Positions 10,910 to 23,219 of a DNA stretch of 64,000 nucleotides are shown in pieces; positions within the stretch are counted from its first letter, which is position 1; each line of letters starts with the position of its first letter. The stretch is taken from assembly GCA_977018835.1 (NCBI GenBank), contig OZ361259.1, forward strand, positions 3,224,001 through 3,288,000. Reading direction: 5' to 3'. The DNA is from Minutocellus sp. GHC0000111 (lineage: Eukaryota). Made by a program: the position numbers and the translations under genes. The notes beneath the pieces are model-generated. The model was not told the DNA's origin, made no database searches, and worked only from the letters and a program-made list of their open reading frames with translations.

Positions 10910-13900
10910 TTATCCCTGAACCTGTACCGGAAGGGCGGTCTCATCGCTCTGCTGCCCGGCGTCAGCCTCCGACCGGCATTTGAGAGCAGATTGGAAGGCA
11001 AGATCTTCCTCAAAGGTGAGCTCGGCTGGTTCTTGGCTCATCATGGCAGATTTCAACATCATGAGTACCTTCATGTACTCGCTACCGGGAGGAAAGTGGT
11101 GGCCGTTGACGGCGACAAGGACATCGCCAACATCGGGCTTGGAATGCTTTCCAAACTCTTGGTTGCGACGGGCTGACTTGCTTTTTACCACCATTCTACC
11201 CTGAAATGGTTGAATGACGATGCCGTAGTTGCCGCTGAAATGCATGCTGTACCTTCGACGCTGAGGCAAGAGAATTGGCTGGCTAGTGCTCGGGCAGATC
11301 TGACCCTGATTCTGCAAGCAGGCGGCCATACTGAGCCCTTCAATGCGGCAGAATTCTCGACGAAAGTCATGACCACCCTCGGCAAAGACAAGCTCGGCGG
11401 GAGGATTATTGATCATGGCAGTCTTGAGCATTAACAATACCTCGCGATACTCGACATCCTTGGGAAGGTAGACACCGTCAATCATGACGAGGATGTCGCC
11501 AACATCGGGCTTTACGCTTGGGCCGAGTGTGTTGACTCTCGCGGATGTCTTGCTCTTTACAACCATACGACCCTCGAAAGGAGCAATGACAAAGCCAAAA
11601 CTTCGAGCAAAATCCATCTTGTAGAGAAGCATTCCTGGGAGAGGCATTGTGCTATCGAATCCAGACGATGATACGAACGGTGGCGGGGTGACGGATGATG
11701 CTTGGCTTGCAATCGAAGTCTGTCGAGAACTAATTGCGCAATCGTCGTTGTCTTCGCCATCGTCGGACCCAGCCTTGAGCATGGCCTCCTCCTCCACACC
11801 AAGCGCGATGATATCATTTCGAAGTGCTTCGTCTTCAATGGCGGAAATCGCAGCGGCATTGTTGTCGTTAGATTTCTTTTCTTCCTCTTCTTGGTAGGTA
11901 GAAATATCGTGAACCTTGATCTCCTTGCCTTCTTTGCCCTCGACGAACTCGCCAAGGTCACGGTACTTTTGCTCTAGTAGTTTCCAGAGAAGGTCATCTA
12001 GTGATCCCTTGGCGTGGAAGTATACACATCGGACTGTGCTCTGCTGGCCGATACGATGGCATCGATCCTCTGCTTGGATTTGAATGGCCGGGGTCCAGAA
12101 GAGCTCGGCAAACCAGACAGTCGACGCAGCTGTTAGTGTGACAGCAACACTAGCTGCCGTAATACCAAGAATGGCCACGCGAACAGTTGGGTCATTCTGG
12201 AAGGCGGTGATAGCTTCTTGGCGGGCTTTGGGGTTGGTTGATCCGTCGATACGAATGTACTTGGAAGCGGTGTCCTTGGAGTTGGAGAGACCGGCACCAG
12301 ATACAATGCCATTTAGAACAGCAATGTGATGCGCAAAGATGCAAACCTTGCCCTTGGCTGGATCGGCGAGCCAACGTTTTAGCTCGGAAGCGACGATGGG
12401 GACCTTGGCTTGGCCCGTCAAGCTATACATCCTGTTGAGGACTTCTCGTCTAGCGGCAGCTTCGGCCTTGCGATCTGTTCCCTCGGGTACCTCATCAGGC
12501 TCGGGCAATGCAGCACCTCCTCGGGCAATCTTGCCCAGGGCTCCCTTGGACTGGCGCATAACTTGCATGCATTCGTCAAATTGAGCAAGGATGGTCTCAT
12601 CCGTTGGGGTGAAGCATAGCTGGCTTCGTTCCTTTGGTGGCAAACTCTTGAGCATCTCAGCCTTGGTCCGACGAATCATAACTGTCGACGTAAGCAGAGT
12701 GTGCAGCTGGGCAAAGTTTTTGTCCTGGGTGCGCTTGTTCTTGCCGCGAACATAGGTACTGAGGAACATGTCTTCGTCTTGCCACCATGTGCTGGCCGTA
12801 CCCTGCCCCTCAGTGGACCCCAAGGTGTGTAGCTGCGGCCACAAGTCCTTGGGCTTTGCCAATGCAGGCGTACCAGAGAGCATGAGGCACCACTTTGTGG
12901 CTTTGAGGACCGGAACCAGAGACTTTGTGCGCTTGGAGGATTTATCCTTGAGCATGTGTGATTCGTCCACGATGGCGGCCTTGAAGGAACCAGGAACAAG
13001 CTTGCCCTTGGAAACCAAATTCAGGACAAGTCCATAAGAGCAGATGAGAACACGGATATTGGAATCGGGCTTGGTGAATGAATCGTCATTCGAGGACGTG
13101 AGGACATGTACCTCCGACTTGCGCAGCAATTTCATACTCGACGACTTGGACACTCGGGGTCGCTTCTTGGGTTGTGCGGTCGTATCTTCCTCGTCAATAT
13201 TACCGCTCGTGCTTGTATTGATGTTGCTTTTCTTTCCGAGCCACTGCAAGAATTCCGCCTGCCAGTGATACCTCGCCGAGGAGGGACACAGCACCAAAAG
13301 TGGCCAGTCCGACTCGTAGCAGGACATGGTCGCGATAGACTGAAACGTATTAGAATGTAGCATTGACATCGGGCAAAGGAATATTGATATTGATTAGAGA
13401 GAGAATTGATAAAGAAGTGTTGCAAACATTGCATCTCGGAAAACAGAAATGCATGTATACATATATTTCGTCATGATCTTACTCACCTGAATGCTTTTCC
13501 CCAATCCCATGTCATCGGCAAGCAAAGCTCGGCCCTTGCGTTCGAGGCAAAAATCGACACCGCCACGCTGATACGGGGCCAAGGCATGCGCAATGCCACC
13601 GGGAACGCCCTTGTCGATCAAATCCTCCGCCGAAGGATACGATCGATCCATCCGTTGCCGTCCCAAGCTGGCCACCTTGAGCTGTTGATCAGGTATACCC
13701 TCGACACGGCCCCGTCCCTTCTTGCTGGTAAGGTAGGCATAAAACTGCTGATAGGCCGAAAGAGGCATTCTCCACTTGCCGTCGACGAATCGTGGCTCAT
13801 CGCATACGGATGACGATGACGACGTCGACGACAGAGATGACAATTCCGAATCCGACGCGACATTTCCATCGCCTTCCAATTTTGCAGGAACAGCGGCACC

Positions 13901-14290
13901 ACTGCCACCGCCACAAATGCTCTCCAAGACCGGACGGAATTCCTCCTCCAACGCCGGCTGCAGCTCGTGCGGCTCGCTGACATCGAACGGATGCGGGATG
14001 GCCGTGATGGTAAATTCCGCCACCGACAGCAGGCTCAGCGCATAAGAAGGATTGTAGATGTTGGTGCTCTGCAGCCGCGACTTGTGCCGGTAGGCCGCGG
14101 CGATGGCCGCCGCCTCATCTTGCTTGGCCTTTTCGATTTCTTCGGTCGTTTTCGGCGGCGGTGGCAGCAGATCGGTAAAAGTTGGGACGAATCCTGGCTG
14201 CGTGTGCAGATACGTCGGGGTGTTGTACGAGTTGCAGACTGGTTCCAGATTCGCTTGAGATTGCTGTTGCTGTTGCTGTTGTTGCTGCAT
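10910..14290 (-). CDS. SNF2-family helicase, SMARCAL1/ZRANB3-like, with two C-terminal PDZ-like repeats; intron 13340-13486
   Basis: LAPYQRGGVDF..GRALLADDMGLGKSIQ|SIA (Walker A joined across a GTGAGT...CAG intron), IVDESH, MLSGTPA, YIRIDGST, FAELFWTP..QAEDRCHRIGQ. The 5' start is uncertain. Confidence 0.9.
14262..14290 (-). repeat. CAG/CAA repeat encoding a polyglutamine tract
   Basis: TGCTGT repeats on + encode MQQQQQQQQQ at the helicase N-terminus. Confidence 0.8.
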
Positions 14291-14973
14291 TTGCGGCGCA
14301 TGGACTTGCGGACTTGTCGCTGCATGTCAGGCCGATGTCTGAGTTTGATTTTCTGTCGAGGAGCTCATCTCGCCTACTTTTCGCGTCACAAAGGGAAAAC
14401 CAAGTCGGGACTGGTGTGCAGGAACTCGTGGACCAACTGGAAATTAGCAACGCACTGGCCCTCCAACTTATCTTGATGGCGATATCGACGAAACCTCAGC
14501 TCACTGGAGGTTTGGCCAGCACAAGCAGACACAGAAAAGAAATGAGGGCCCAAGATCCTTCCTCGGTAGCAATCTGGATATCTCAAGTCCAACGATAATC
14601 CTCAGATATGAGCAGTAACCGACCAGAACACTTCTCAAACTAGCTAGGAGCAGAGCAACCTGATTTCCAAGAGGGGAAACTCTACTCCTTCTTCGTCATT
14701 TCCACGCACAGTGCAATGGCGGTATCAACCCCCACTGCACGCAAAAAATTGTGGCGCTTCAACTTTGTGAGTCAGCTTCGTGGTGCCACGTCACCTTTTT
14801 GTGCGAACCGGAAACAAACAAACGAAGGTTCGCAGCTGAGATTTTGACTCGCTCGACTTATGTAAACCGACGCACGAAGGGCCGAGATGAGCGAAATAAA
14901 TCGGCTATCGGCCGCCAGAGACAGTCTGTCTCTACTGGTATTGGTAATTGAAATATATATGGTAACAGCAAAG

Positions 14974-16118
14974 ATGAACTCCCTCAGCCTCGTCTCGACG
15001 ACCTTGCTGATCGGCGCTGTATCTTTTCGCTCTGTTTCTGCGTTTTGTCCAAAACCAACACATAATTCTCTGGCAAATCACGTGACGAAACTTGACACTA
15101 CTTCAACCGCCACCAATTATGGTTTCATTCAACATCACCTCTTATCGTCAACGGCCCTATCCGCCAAGAAGAAGAAGCTGTCCATGGCCGAAAAGCGCAA
15201 GCGTCGCGGACGGAAGCTGCCGCCGCGAAAGGTGGAACGGCCGGCCGTCCTGGACCGCACGGCGCCCATCGATCAGTGGGCCCCGACCCAAACCACCGAC
15301 GAGGCCGTGGTGCAGATGAAGTCGCAGGAGGATGCCGCCGCGTCCGCAGCCGCCGCCGAGGAGGCCGCCATCCAGGCCCGGGCGGCCGAGCTGATTGCCA
15401 GCCAGCGCAAGAGCGTCGACACTCTCACCCACATCAAGGAGCGGGTGGAGGCATTGCCCTACGATGTTATTGGGAAGGAGTTGCAATCCAAGGGATATTA
15501 CGTAATGGACCAATTCTTGGATCAGGTCGAGTTGGTGTCCGAAATGGGAGCCGAGGCGTTGGCCATGATGGAAGGTGACAAGTTGGAACGCGACGTGTCC
15601 AACTTGGAAAGCGGAGAGTTTGACACCCGCATCACTGGTGGCGAGGAGCAGTACACTGACCTCCCCCGGACGGTCGAGTACATCGTTTCTTCCACGAGAC
15701 ATATGCCACCACTTCTGGAGGAGATGGGCGGTGGTGATGTGCTGGGATGCGCTTTGGATGCCACCGCCTCGACTGGAACTCTTAGGGTGTTTGATCGCAA
15801 GGCGAGAGAATCTTCCTTGGCACTGCTTAGTGAGGCACCCCTGCGAGGGATTATGCGTTGGTCAATGAGGGCAATGCCAGTGACCCCAAGAAGATTACCG
15901 TCGTGTACTTCTTGAGTGACTGGAGTGAAAGTGAGGGCGGAGGATTGGGTTTTGAGGATGGTACGGTCGTATCACCGGCTAGTGATCGATTGGTCATCTT
16001 CCGATCCGATACTTGCAAGCACCGCATGGAACCGGTACCTACTGGAGGAGAAGGCAGCAACTATGCCTATATCGTCAACCAGCTGCTTCGAAAAAGTGCT
16101 GACGAAAATCAATCTTAA
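14974..16118 (+). CDS. Plastid-targeted 2-oxoglutarate/Fe(II) oxygenase-like protein (prolyl-4-hydroxylase-like fold); apparent frameshift near 15845
   Basis: Signal peptide ends SVSA-FCP. GYYVMDQFL, and in the alternate frame KKITVVYFLSDW...EGGGL...VSPASDRLVIFRSD..HRMEPV, resemble EGLN/P4H-type oxygenases. No clear HxD motif. Confidence 0.6.
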
Positions 16119-16291
16119 ACTAAAATAAGTGTTAAAAAAGTCTGCATGTGTAGGTTTCTTTTTCAGATTCGCCGATGAACAGTATGTCGTCATAAATGCT
16201 TCCTTCGAAAAATAGCGAACTTTGGGGATTTCTCTTCCAGAGACCAGCACTTGTTCATTCGAAGTCTGGTTCCACGTGATGCACAGCCAGT

Positions 16292-16653
16292 CTAGTTATT
16301 GATGGACCATGTGTGCTTACATGCTGGACATTCATAAAAGACAGTCTGACCCTCATCGACACTTCGCAGCTGAACTGTGTAAACCCGACCTCAGGCGCAC
16401 CGCAACGAACGCACGGTTCCTCCACGGTTGCTCGGCTGGGTTCCTTCGACGCACGCAAAGCCGCCTGCTCTTCATCGGACTTGGCCCACAGCGGAACAGC
16501 CCTGTCAGCCGAGTATGTGGTGCGGCTGGGGACACTGGAAAGCGATGAGAGGTTGGACTCGTACGGACAAACACGACAATTGATCGAACCGGTGGCATCG
16601 ACCTGAAGCGATGCCCGACATTCGGGGCAGAACGGCCAGCTCTTGCTTGCCAT
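16292..16653 (-). CDS. RPA12: RNA polymerase I subunit RPA12 (two zinc ribbons); 1-bp indel near 16381
   Basis: N-terminal FCPEC...CRVC. Restoring one T in GGGTTT(T)AC gives [46 protein letters not shown], the canonical TFIIS-like C-ribbon. Confidence 0.92.
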
Positions 16654-17005
16654 TTTGATTGAGCTCGAGGTGGAGTCTTCTTTCTGAGATATGACTCTGC
16701 TGTGATGGATATCTTCTTTTTGTTTGTGGTATTCTGTGATTGCTCTTGTTCTCCCCCTTCGGAGCTGCTTCATATGCGGTGTGAGGGATATCCGGCCTGC
16801 CGCAGCAGCCAGCCAGAAATTTGATGGCCAACATTTTCGGGTGATTGGTAGGTTCGGTAGTCTCCAAGCTCATAACCTTTTGCAAACAGTCAGCTGCTGG
16901 TCTCTCATTCAACCCCGTTTTGACGCTTAGATTAAGAATTACTAGATCTATAGTGAAAGGAATCACCATACAGGACTGTAATTCGAGCATTTCGCTCAGT
17001 AGGAA

Positions 17006-18313
17006 CTAAAATGGCGCCGGGGCCACAAGGGTCATATTCTCCCTCGTCACAGGATGAGCAAATACCAGCTCCTTGGCATGCAGGCACATGCATTTCCCTT
17101 CAGCTTGTACTGCATCATTAATCTGTTTCTGCAGTTCGATCAATGCTCTTTCTGGAGATACAAGTGACAACATATCCTCGGCAAACCCACCATTTGAATT
17201 TGCTTCTCCGTAGATCCCGTAGCACGGATCAGCAACAATTGGAAATCCAATGGCAGCGCTATGCACCCTCAGCTGATGCGTTCGTCCCGTTATGGGAGTA
17301 TACTTGACTCTCGTAACGGGATATTTGCCACAATACATTTCCCTCGATAACAACTGAAATTCTGTTTGGCTCTGTTTTGGCCGCTTCATCACCAGCTTCT
17401 TCCATCCATGACTCTTCAAATCTTTTACGGCCTGCGCCGCTGCTTCCGCGCTCTGCGGTGTTGAGACTCTCATAAATGGTGGATATCGATGATCTCTCTG
17501 CAGCGGCAAGTCGATAACCCCATTATCAGATGGTAAATGACCACACAATAAAGCCTCGTACCTCTTGCTAACTTGCCTTTCGCGAAATATCTCGTGCATG
17601 CGCTTTAGCGCCGCATTCGTCTTTGCAAATACCACCAGGCCGCTTGTGTCCATATCTAGCCGATGACAAATCATACTGTCCATCACATTGCTCTCGCAGC
17701 CATACGTTTCGTACACCACAGTCAGCAACGATGGATTTTTGTTGACACCTGGAACGCACAGCACTCCCGATGGTTTGTCGGCGACGACGATGTGCTCGTC
17801 GTCGTATATCACCCGCAAGTGTTCCTCGGCGGTGACCGGTGCCCCAGCCCGATCGGCCGCCTGAATCTTTCTCATTTGTCGCTCGTACCGCAGTACTGTT
17901 TCCGGAATGGCATTGGTAGTGGAGGCATCCGATGTTGGTGCTGATGTTGATTCAGGTGCTTTGGGGGCAGATGCCGCTTGGTTCTTCCTCTTTTTGTTCG
18001 TATTGCTTTCGCGGTTATCAGCGTCGTGGTCTTCTCGTGGAGGCATGCGTATCCGAACACCGCCATTATTATCTGTTCTTTCAATCATTAACATATTTGG
18101 ATCTCTCATCCCAGCTTTATTATTTGGTGCCATGCTTGATAGGTGCCGGCTTTGAGCACGAAGATTGCGAGTATGGCTCAAATAATAATGATGATGCCGA
18201 GGTGTTGGTGTTGGTGGTGCGAGACTGAGATGTGCTGGGTTTGGACGTTCCAAGATTGACGAGCGAGGGTGCCCTGCTGCTGTGCGTAGCAATGACAACG
18301 CCTGGCGACGCAT
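17006..18313 (-). CDS. RluA-family RNA pseudouridine synthase, probable organellar presequence
   Basis: VVADKPSGVL, HRLDMDTSGL (catalytic Asp), PITGRTHQLRVH, LHAKELVFAHP. Confidence 0.93.
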   Translation of the reverse strand: MRRQALSLLRTAAGHPRSSILERPNPAHLSLAPPTPTPRHHHYYLSHTRNLRAQSRHLSSMAPNNKAGMRDPNMLMIERTDNNGGVRIRMPPREDHDADNRESNTNKKRKNQAASAPKAPESTSAPTSDASTTNAIPETVLRYERQMRKIQAADRAGAPVTAEEHLRVIYDDEHIVVADKPSGVLCVPGVNKNPSLLTVVYETYGCESNVMDSMICHRLDMDTSGLVVFAKTNAALKRMHEIFRERQVSKRYEALLCGHLPSDNGVIDLPLQRDHRYPPFMRVSTPQSAEAAAQAVKDLKSHGWKKLVMKRPKQSQTEFQLLSREMYCGKYPVTRVKYTPITGRTHQLRVHSAAIGFPIVADPCYGIYGEANSNGGFAEDMLSLVSPERALIELQKQINDAVQAEGKCMCLHAKELVFAHPVTRENMTLVAPAPF

Positions 18314-18776
18314 ATAAATTACCGCAAATGGCAACGTGATGAGGCAGGAGGGCTCTTTGTGGTCGTTGCGGTTCCGCCTTGCTTACGAGTATCTGGCTGA
18401 GCGGCTGAGCGACTGACTGCTCGTTGCGTTGCTGGCTAGAGGTGGCGCTTTCTGTTGTTCGTCATGAGACACAGTGAAAATGTCTTTCGGACACACCGGC
18501 CCTCCCAACCTCATTCTTGACGGCCACAAGAGCCGAAGAGTTCGACACTGCTTGCTTGTAGCCGGTAACGTGGTCGTCGACGTGGCCGCTTCTGATGTGT
18601 CACCAAGCTGAATACATTGTTCTGCGAGACTGAGCTGGGCCGCCGCAGCAGCCAGTCAGCATTCAAAATTCTCCGCCCGCCAGCGAACTTCTGTAGTCAG
18701 TCATCCCAGGGCCAGCGCCTTGACACCTTCTTCCTGAGCTGGAATTGGCACGTCCAACTGTAGCAGTATTGGTATC

Positions 18777-20375
18777 ATGGATCGACAAACAATAAACACA
18801 GCTGACCAAGATTTTCGGCACATCTTGGATCAGCTCGACGCTTCGCTTCCACCGGCCCCGCCGTCATTATCGTCGTCTACCTCGTCGGCAACCTCGCCGA
18901 GGAGCGTCCGGGCCGTGCGACTTCAACCCCGTCCGTCGCCGCCTGGAGGCAATATGAGAAAGTTATTCGGCAGCAGCAAAAGCATCCATCGTTTCAACAC
19001 GTTCGATAGCAGCCAGCTGTCGTCGGCAACTCGAGACATGGTTCGCATTGCCACCGTCGATTCGTCCGTAGATGAGGCCTATGGCGCTGACAAGTCTGAC
19101 ACGGCTTCCATGAGGTCGAGCAGCAAGCATACCGAAGCGTTTACTGCGACGGGGACGGTCGATGCGCCCAGCGTGATCAAGCCCCAGCCCAAACGATCCA
19201 TATCGCTCAGCCTCCCCTCGCCGCCACGACTTCGCAAATCGCGATCTGTCCAAGCCAAGCTCACGGCGGTATCCGATGCCGACCTGGCCACGGCATGCGA
19301 ACAGAAGGATGCCAAAATCAAGGCACTGGAGGAAGAACTCCGCCTGGTCAAGTGCCAACGGAAGCAGGAGCGGGCCATGGCACACGTCGAGATTGAGCAG
19401 CTGCGCAGGGAACGGTCCATGGCTGAGCGGCAGGTGGAGAAATTCCACTTAGACCTCGAGGACAAGGTGGCCATGGCGGAATATGCGTCGCTCATTCAGG
19501 ACATGTCGCCCATGACGGCTGTGGGACCATCCCATCTGTCCAAGTTGCAGGCCCAGCTGTGCAAATCGCTGCACAATCAGGGCGTCCTCGAGGGTCAGAT
19601 TGACTACCTGAAGCGCGAATGTCACACCGTGGAAACCATCAAGGACGAGCTCGCCTCGGTCCTGCAGGAACGAGATATTATGGAGCAGGATCTGACCAAG
19701 AAGCTACAGCAGGCAGAGGAAACCAAACGTCTCCAGGCCAAATTGTTTGACGAACGAATGGCGTCGAGAGTAGAGAATATATCTGACTTTGCGGAATATT
19801 TTCGCATGTCGGCGCCCCTGCCCTCTCTACCGTCGTTAACAAGGAGGACCAGCAACATTGACGAGGGCAGAGATTCTGCGCCATGCGACGTCGATACCGG
19901 CAGCTTCGTTGCCGCTGACGCCAAGGTAGTTGGCATCGCCCATCGTCTGGAGCGTGAGCAGCTCCAAAGAGAACGCGCAGAGGATAACTTCCGTCGCAAG
20001 CTCGAAGAAAAGTCCACCGCCCTTGCTGAGCTCCAGGCAAAAATCAAAAGTCAGCAGACTCACATCGGCACCCTGACCAAAGAGCTGGATCAGAAGCGCC
20101 GCCAAGACATTCGCCGAGAAATGATGCGAACGCACCGTCGTCATGCGTCACATTCCACCGTTGTGACTAGCGCCTCAACTATCACTCGAGCCACCAATGC
20201 CTCGAGGTCCTTCTCCGGTAGATCGGGCTACTCTACCCCCGACACTGCCGCCTCATCGTCAAGAAGTCTCCGATCGTCCAACTCGTCCTCATCACACCGC
20301 CCACCTCTGCACAAGAGGGGATCTTCGGATCCATCCAGGTGCAACCATCTTATCGGGAGCAGCCCAACCTGGTGA
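18777..20375 (+). CDS. Uncharacterised long coiled-coil protein with Ser-rich termini
   Basis: 532-aa ORF with coding-like composition and extended heptad repeats (KLQAQLCKSLHNQGVLEGQIDYLKREC). Confidence 0.75.
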   Translation: MDRQTINTADQDFRHILDQLDASLPPAPPSLSSSTSSATSPRSVRAVRLQPRPSPPGGNMRKLFGSSKSIHRFNTFDSSQLSSATRDMVRIATVDSSVDEAYGADKSDTASMRSSSKHTEAFTATGTVDAPSVIKPQPKRSISLSLPSPPRLRKSRSVQAKLTAVSDADLATACEQKDAKIKALEEELRLVKCQRKQERAMAHVEIEQLRRERSMAERQVEKFHLDLEDKVAMAEYASLIQDMSPMTAVGPSHLSKLQAQLCKSLHNQGVLEGQIDYLKRECHTVETIKDELASVLQERDIMEQDLTKKLQQAEETKRLQAKLFDERMASRVENISDFAEYFRMSAPLPSLPSLTRRTSNIDEGRDSAPCDVDTGSFVAADAKVVGIAHRLEREQLQRERAEDNFRRKLEEKSTALAELQAKIKSQQTHIGTLTKELDQKRRQDIRREMMRTHRRHASHSTVVTSASTITRATNASRSFSGRSGYSTPDTAASSSRSLRSSNSSSSHRPPLHKRGSSDPSRCNHLIGSSPTW

Positions 20376-20722
20376 CGGCCCGATCGCAAGTTCATAAATA
20401 TCATATTTGTTTGTCAAGGTTTAATCGTATCGTTCAGCTAGCTATGTAAAATAATTGTTAAGTCTAAAGTGTTTGCTCTTCAGTATCGGTATAGGTCTTC
20501 CGCATTGCTTCAAATCAGGCTTTGCCAGATGGTCTGAATGAGGGACTCTCAATTGCAAAGCATTCGACAGCTTCATCCACATTTCATTCTGTTTCAATAA
20601 ATGCATCATGCAATTGAACTTCAGTCTGTCACTACTATCAATTTTCACCAAAAGAATCGTCAGTTCCAACCCCATTGCCGATCGACCCAAGCAATCGCCA
20701 TGTCTGATCGGATGGTAACAAG

Positions 20723-21377
20723 TTACATGTCAGCCTTGGCAACCTCAATCATCTCCCCGAGCTCACCGCTCTGGTACATTTCAATCATAATATCACTACC
20801 ACCGATGAACTCGCCGGCGACATACAATTGAGGGATGGTGGGCCACTGCGAAAAGTCCTTGACGCCCTGTCGGATGCTCTCATCGGCAAGGACATCGACA
20901 GTCTCGAAATCGATGCCGAAGCTCTGCAGGATTTGAACGGCCGTGTTGGAGAATCCGCACTGAGGGAAAATCTTGGAGCCCTTCATGAAGAGAAGGACGG
21001 GATGGGCATCGACCAGTGCCTGGATGCGCTTTTGGGTGCCCTGCGAGTGGAGACAGAGCCAACGTGGAAAAAGCAGGTGAGATGAAACCGGCTAAAATAT
21101 ATGCAGAGAAATAATAGTCGCAAACTGGCTCATGGCACGAGCGCACGAATGCATGAGAGGGTACGAACGCATGAAAGCAAGAGAATGAAGAGCGCGTACG
21201 TACTTCCGGAGTGAAATCCAGAGGATCGACCTCCTCGGCGGCCTGGTTCAGCACGATGTTCGACGTTACCAGTGCCGAAACCTCGGCACTGAGGGGGCTT
21301 CTCCGGGCCTGCGGGGCGAAGGCACTGGCCGTCGAGAGGACGGCGGCAGCGGCGGCGACGGTAGCGAAGGAGCGCAT
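20723..21377 (-). CDS. Plastid monothiol (CGFS) glutaredoxin; intron 21041-21203
   Basis: Presequence MRSFATVAAAAAVLSTASAFAP. The spliced product contains VLLFMKGSKIFPQCGFS...FSQWPTIPQLYVAGEFIGGSDI. Confidence 0.95.
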
Positions 21378-21556
21378 GGTTGAGCTTGCGTTGTCCGTTC
21401 GAAGAAATGAGCAGCCACGAGAAGGGAAATGCGACCGAGAGTATGCGTGTGTGCATCCAATTTTGTCTGGCCGTCGCACCGGGGCCGTCGCCAAAAGTTC
21501 AAAGTCTACTTTCGGGAGAAGTCAAACTCAAGTCAACTATCCAAAGCAACGCCAAG

Positions 21557-23194
21557 ATGGATCATCTCCTTACCTGCCCGGTGTGCTACGACCCCTTCGA
21601 TTCCGACCCATCGCTCTGCTCGACGGATAACGATCGACGGACGTCGCGTCTTCCAGTGTTTTCATCCGCATGTTCTCACAAGATTTGTGCGTCTTGTTTG
21701 AACAACATGCAACTTGCCGCAATGTCAGACCAGACGGAGCGAGCAGCGACGAAGAATCCCCCAAGTGGTTCAAATGCCCCTGCTGCACGCAAAAGACGGC
21801 ATTCAATGCAGTAGATATGAAAGTGGATCTATATGCATGCGGCTGGATTAGCCAGCTGAAGCTTCTGTTCGATACTAATCCGGCATCGGTAGAAGAAGAA
21901 AAAAACAAAGATTTACAAGTGACCGCAGAAGCTTTCTTGGATATGGGATCTGCAAGAAGGTCGTGCCAATTGTTTGAGGAGCCGACTGCAGAAAAAAATA
22001 TAGCTGAAGCATCTGACATTTTTGTCGCAGCATTGGGTGAAAAGAAATGCGGCGACAAAGGCCAAAGGAAGGCCATCGAGAATGCATTGAGGCAAGGACA
22101 CCCCATAGAAACATTGCAAGCGATACTTCACAGAATGACGGAAATATCGTCGACTGAACATTTTCTCACTGATGGCGCACCACGACGGCATCTACCGCTT
22201 TGGGGTTGCAGTAATAAAGCGCAACCGCGCACAGGACATCTTGTTAAGAGATGCAAGCCGAGGCATCGAACTGGGAGGTGGACGGAGGACGAAGATCGAC
22301 GGTTTCAAGATGCCCTTGGTGCTCATTCTGGAGATTGGAAAGCCATCGCCAAGGCTGTTGGCTCTAGAACTAAAGCGCAATGCATTAGCCATGATCAAGT
22401 ATGGAGAAATGGGCAGAAGAAGAAATCGCAAAGTCAAACAAAAATGGTCAATGTCGCTATGCCTTGTCGTAAAAGAAAAAGAAAAAGGGGCGAAAATGAC
22501 AACTTTCCGTCCCTAACTGTTGGGTCCAGGGTAGAAATATACTGGCATCTTGACAAGATGTACTATCCTGCAACAATAATTGCGAGGGACAATAGATCAG
22601 AAAATGTCTTCACCATCAAGTATGATGACGGGGTTGCAGAATCAATTGACTTGGGCAAGGAAAAGTTCAGAAGTCTCGATGATGAGGGGGCAGCTCCGAT
22701 AACCGATGCATCGGTAGAATCTTGGACGTGTACCTGCGGCAGAGTAAATGCGGTGACTAAGAAGAGATGTCCTATGCCGTGCATGAAGTGGAAGGTGGGA
22801 TTTTATGCTCAGAAGACAGATGCAGATACACCGAATCTTGCAGAAATCACTGAACGGAATAACAACAAGCCGAAGCAAAAGAAGACGAATGTGCGTGATA
22901 TTGTTGAGGCGGATTCTGGCAGTCGACCAACACGAGGTTCCGAGAAGCAGATCATGCTGTCAAAGGTTGGCGTCGGATCCAGAGTGAGTATTTTTCTGGG
23001 AGCCTAATCGGATGTACTTTCCTGCCACACTTGTTTCCAGAGATGAAGAAGATGTGCCGTATACATTCAGGTTCCTTTATGATGACGGCGACGAGAAAAC
23101 CTTCGATTTGAGCACCGACAAATTCAAGCTGCTGAACGATGATCCTCCCGAGGCTGCTATTGCCGCCATATCAGCTGCAAATCCTGGGCTATAA
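21557..23194 (+). CDS. RING finger + Myb/SANT + Tudor-like (x2) + small Zn-finger protein; apparent indels near 21760 and 22993
   Basis: CPVC...CSHKICASC...KCPCC (RING); GRWTEDEDRRFQDAL...WKAIAKAVGSRTKAQCISH (Myb); VGSRVEIYW...YYPATI...IKYDDG, found twice (Tudor); WTCTCGRVN..KKRCPMPCMKW. Both breaks fall in C or T homopolymers. Confidence 0.8.
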
Positions 23195-23219
23195 CAAATG
23201 TGCTATGTAATAATGAATA

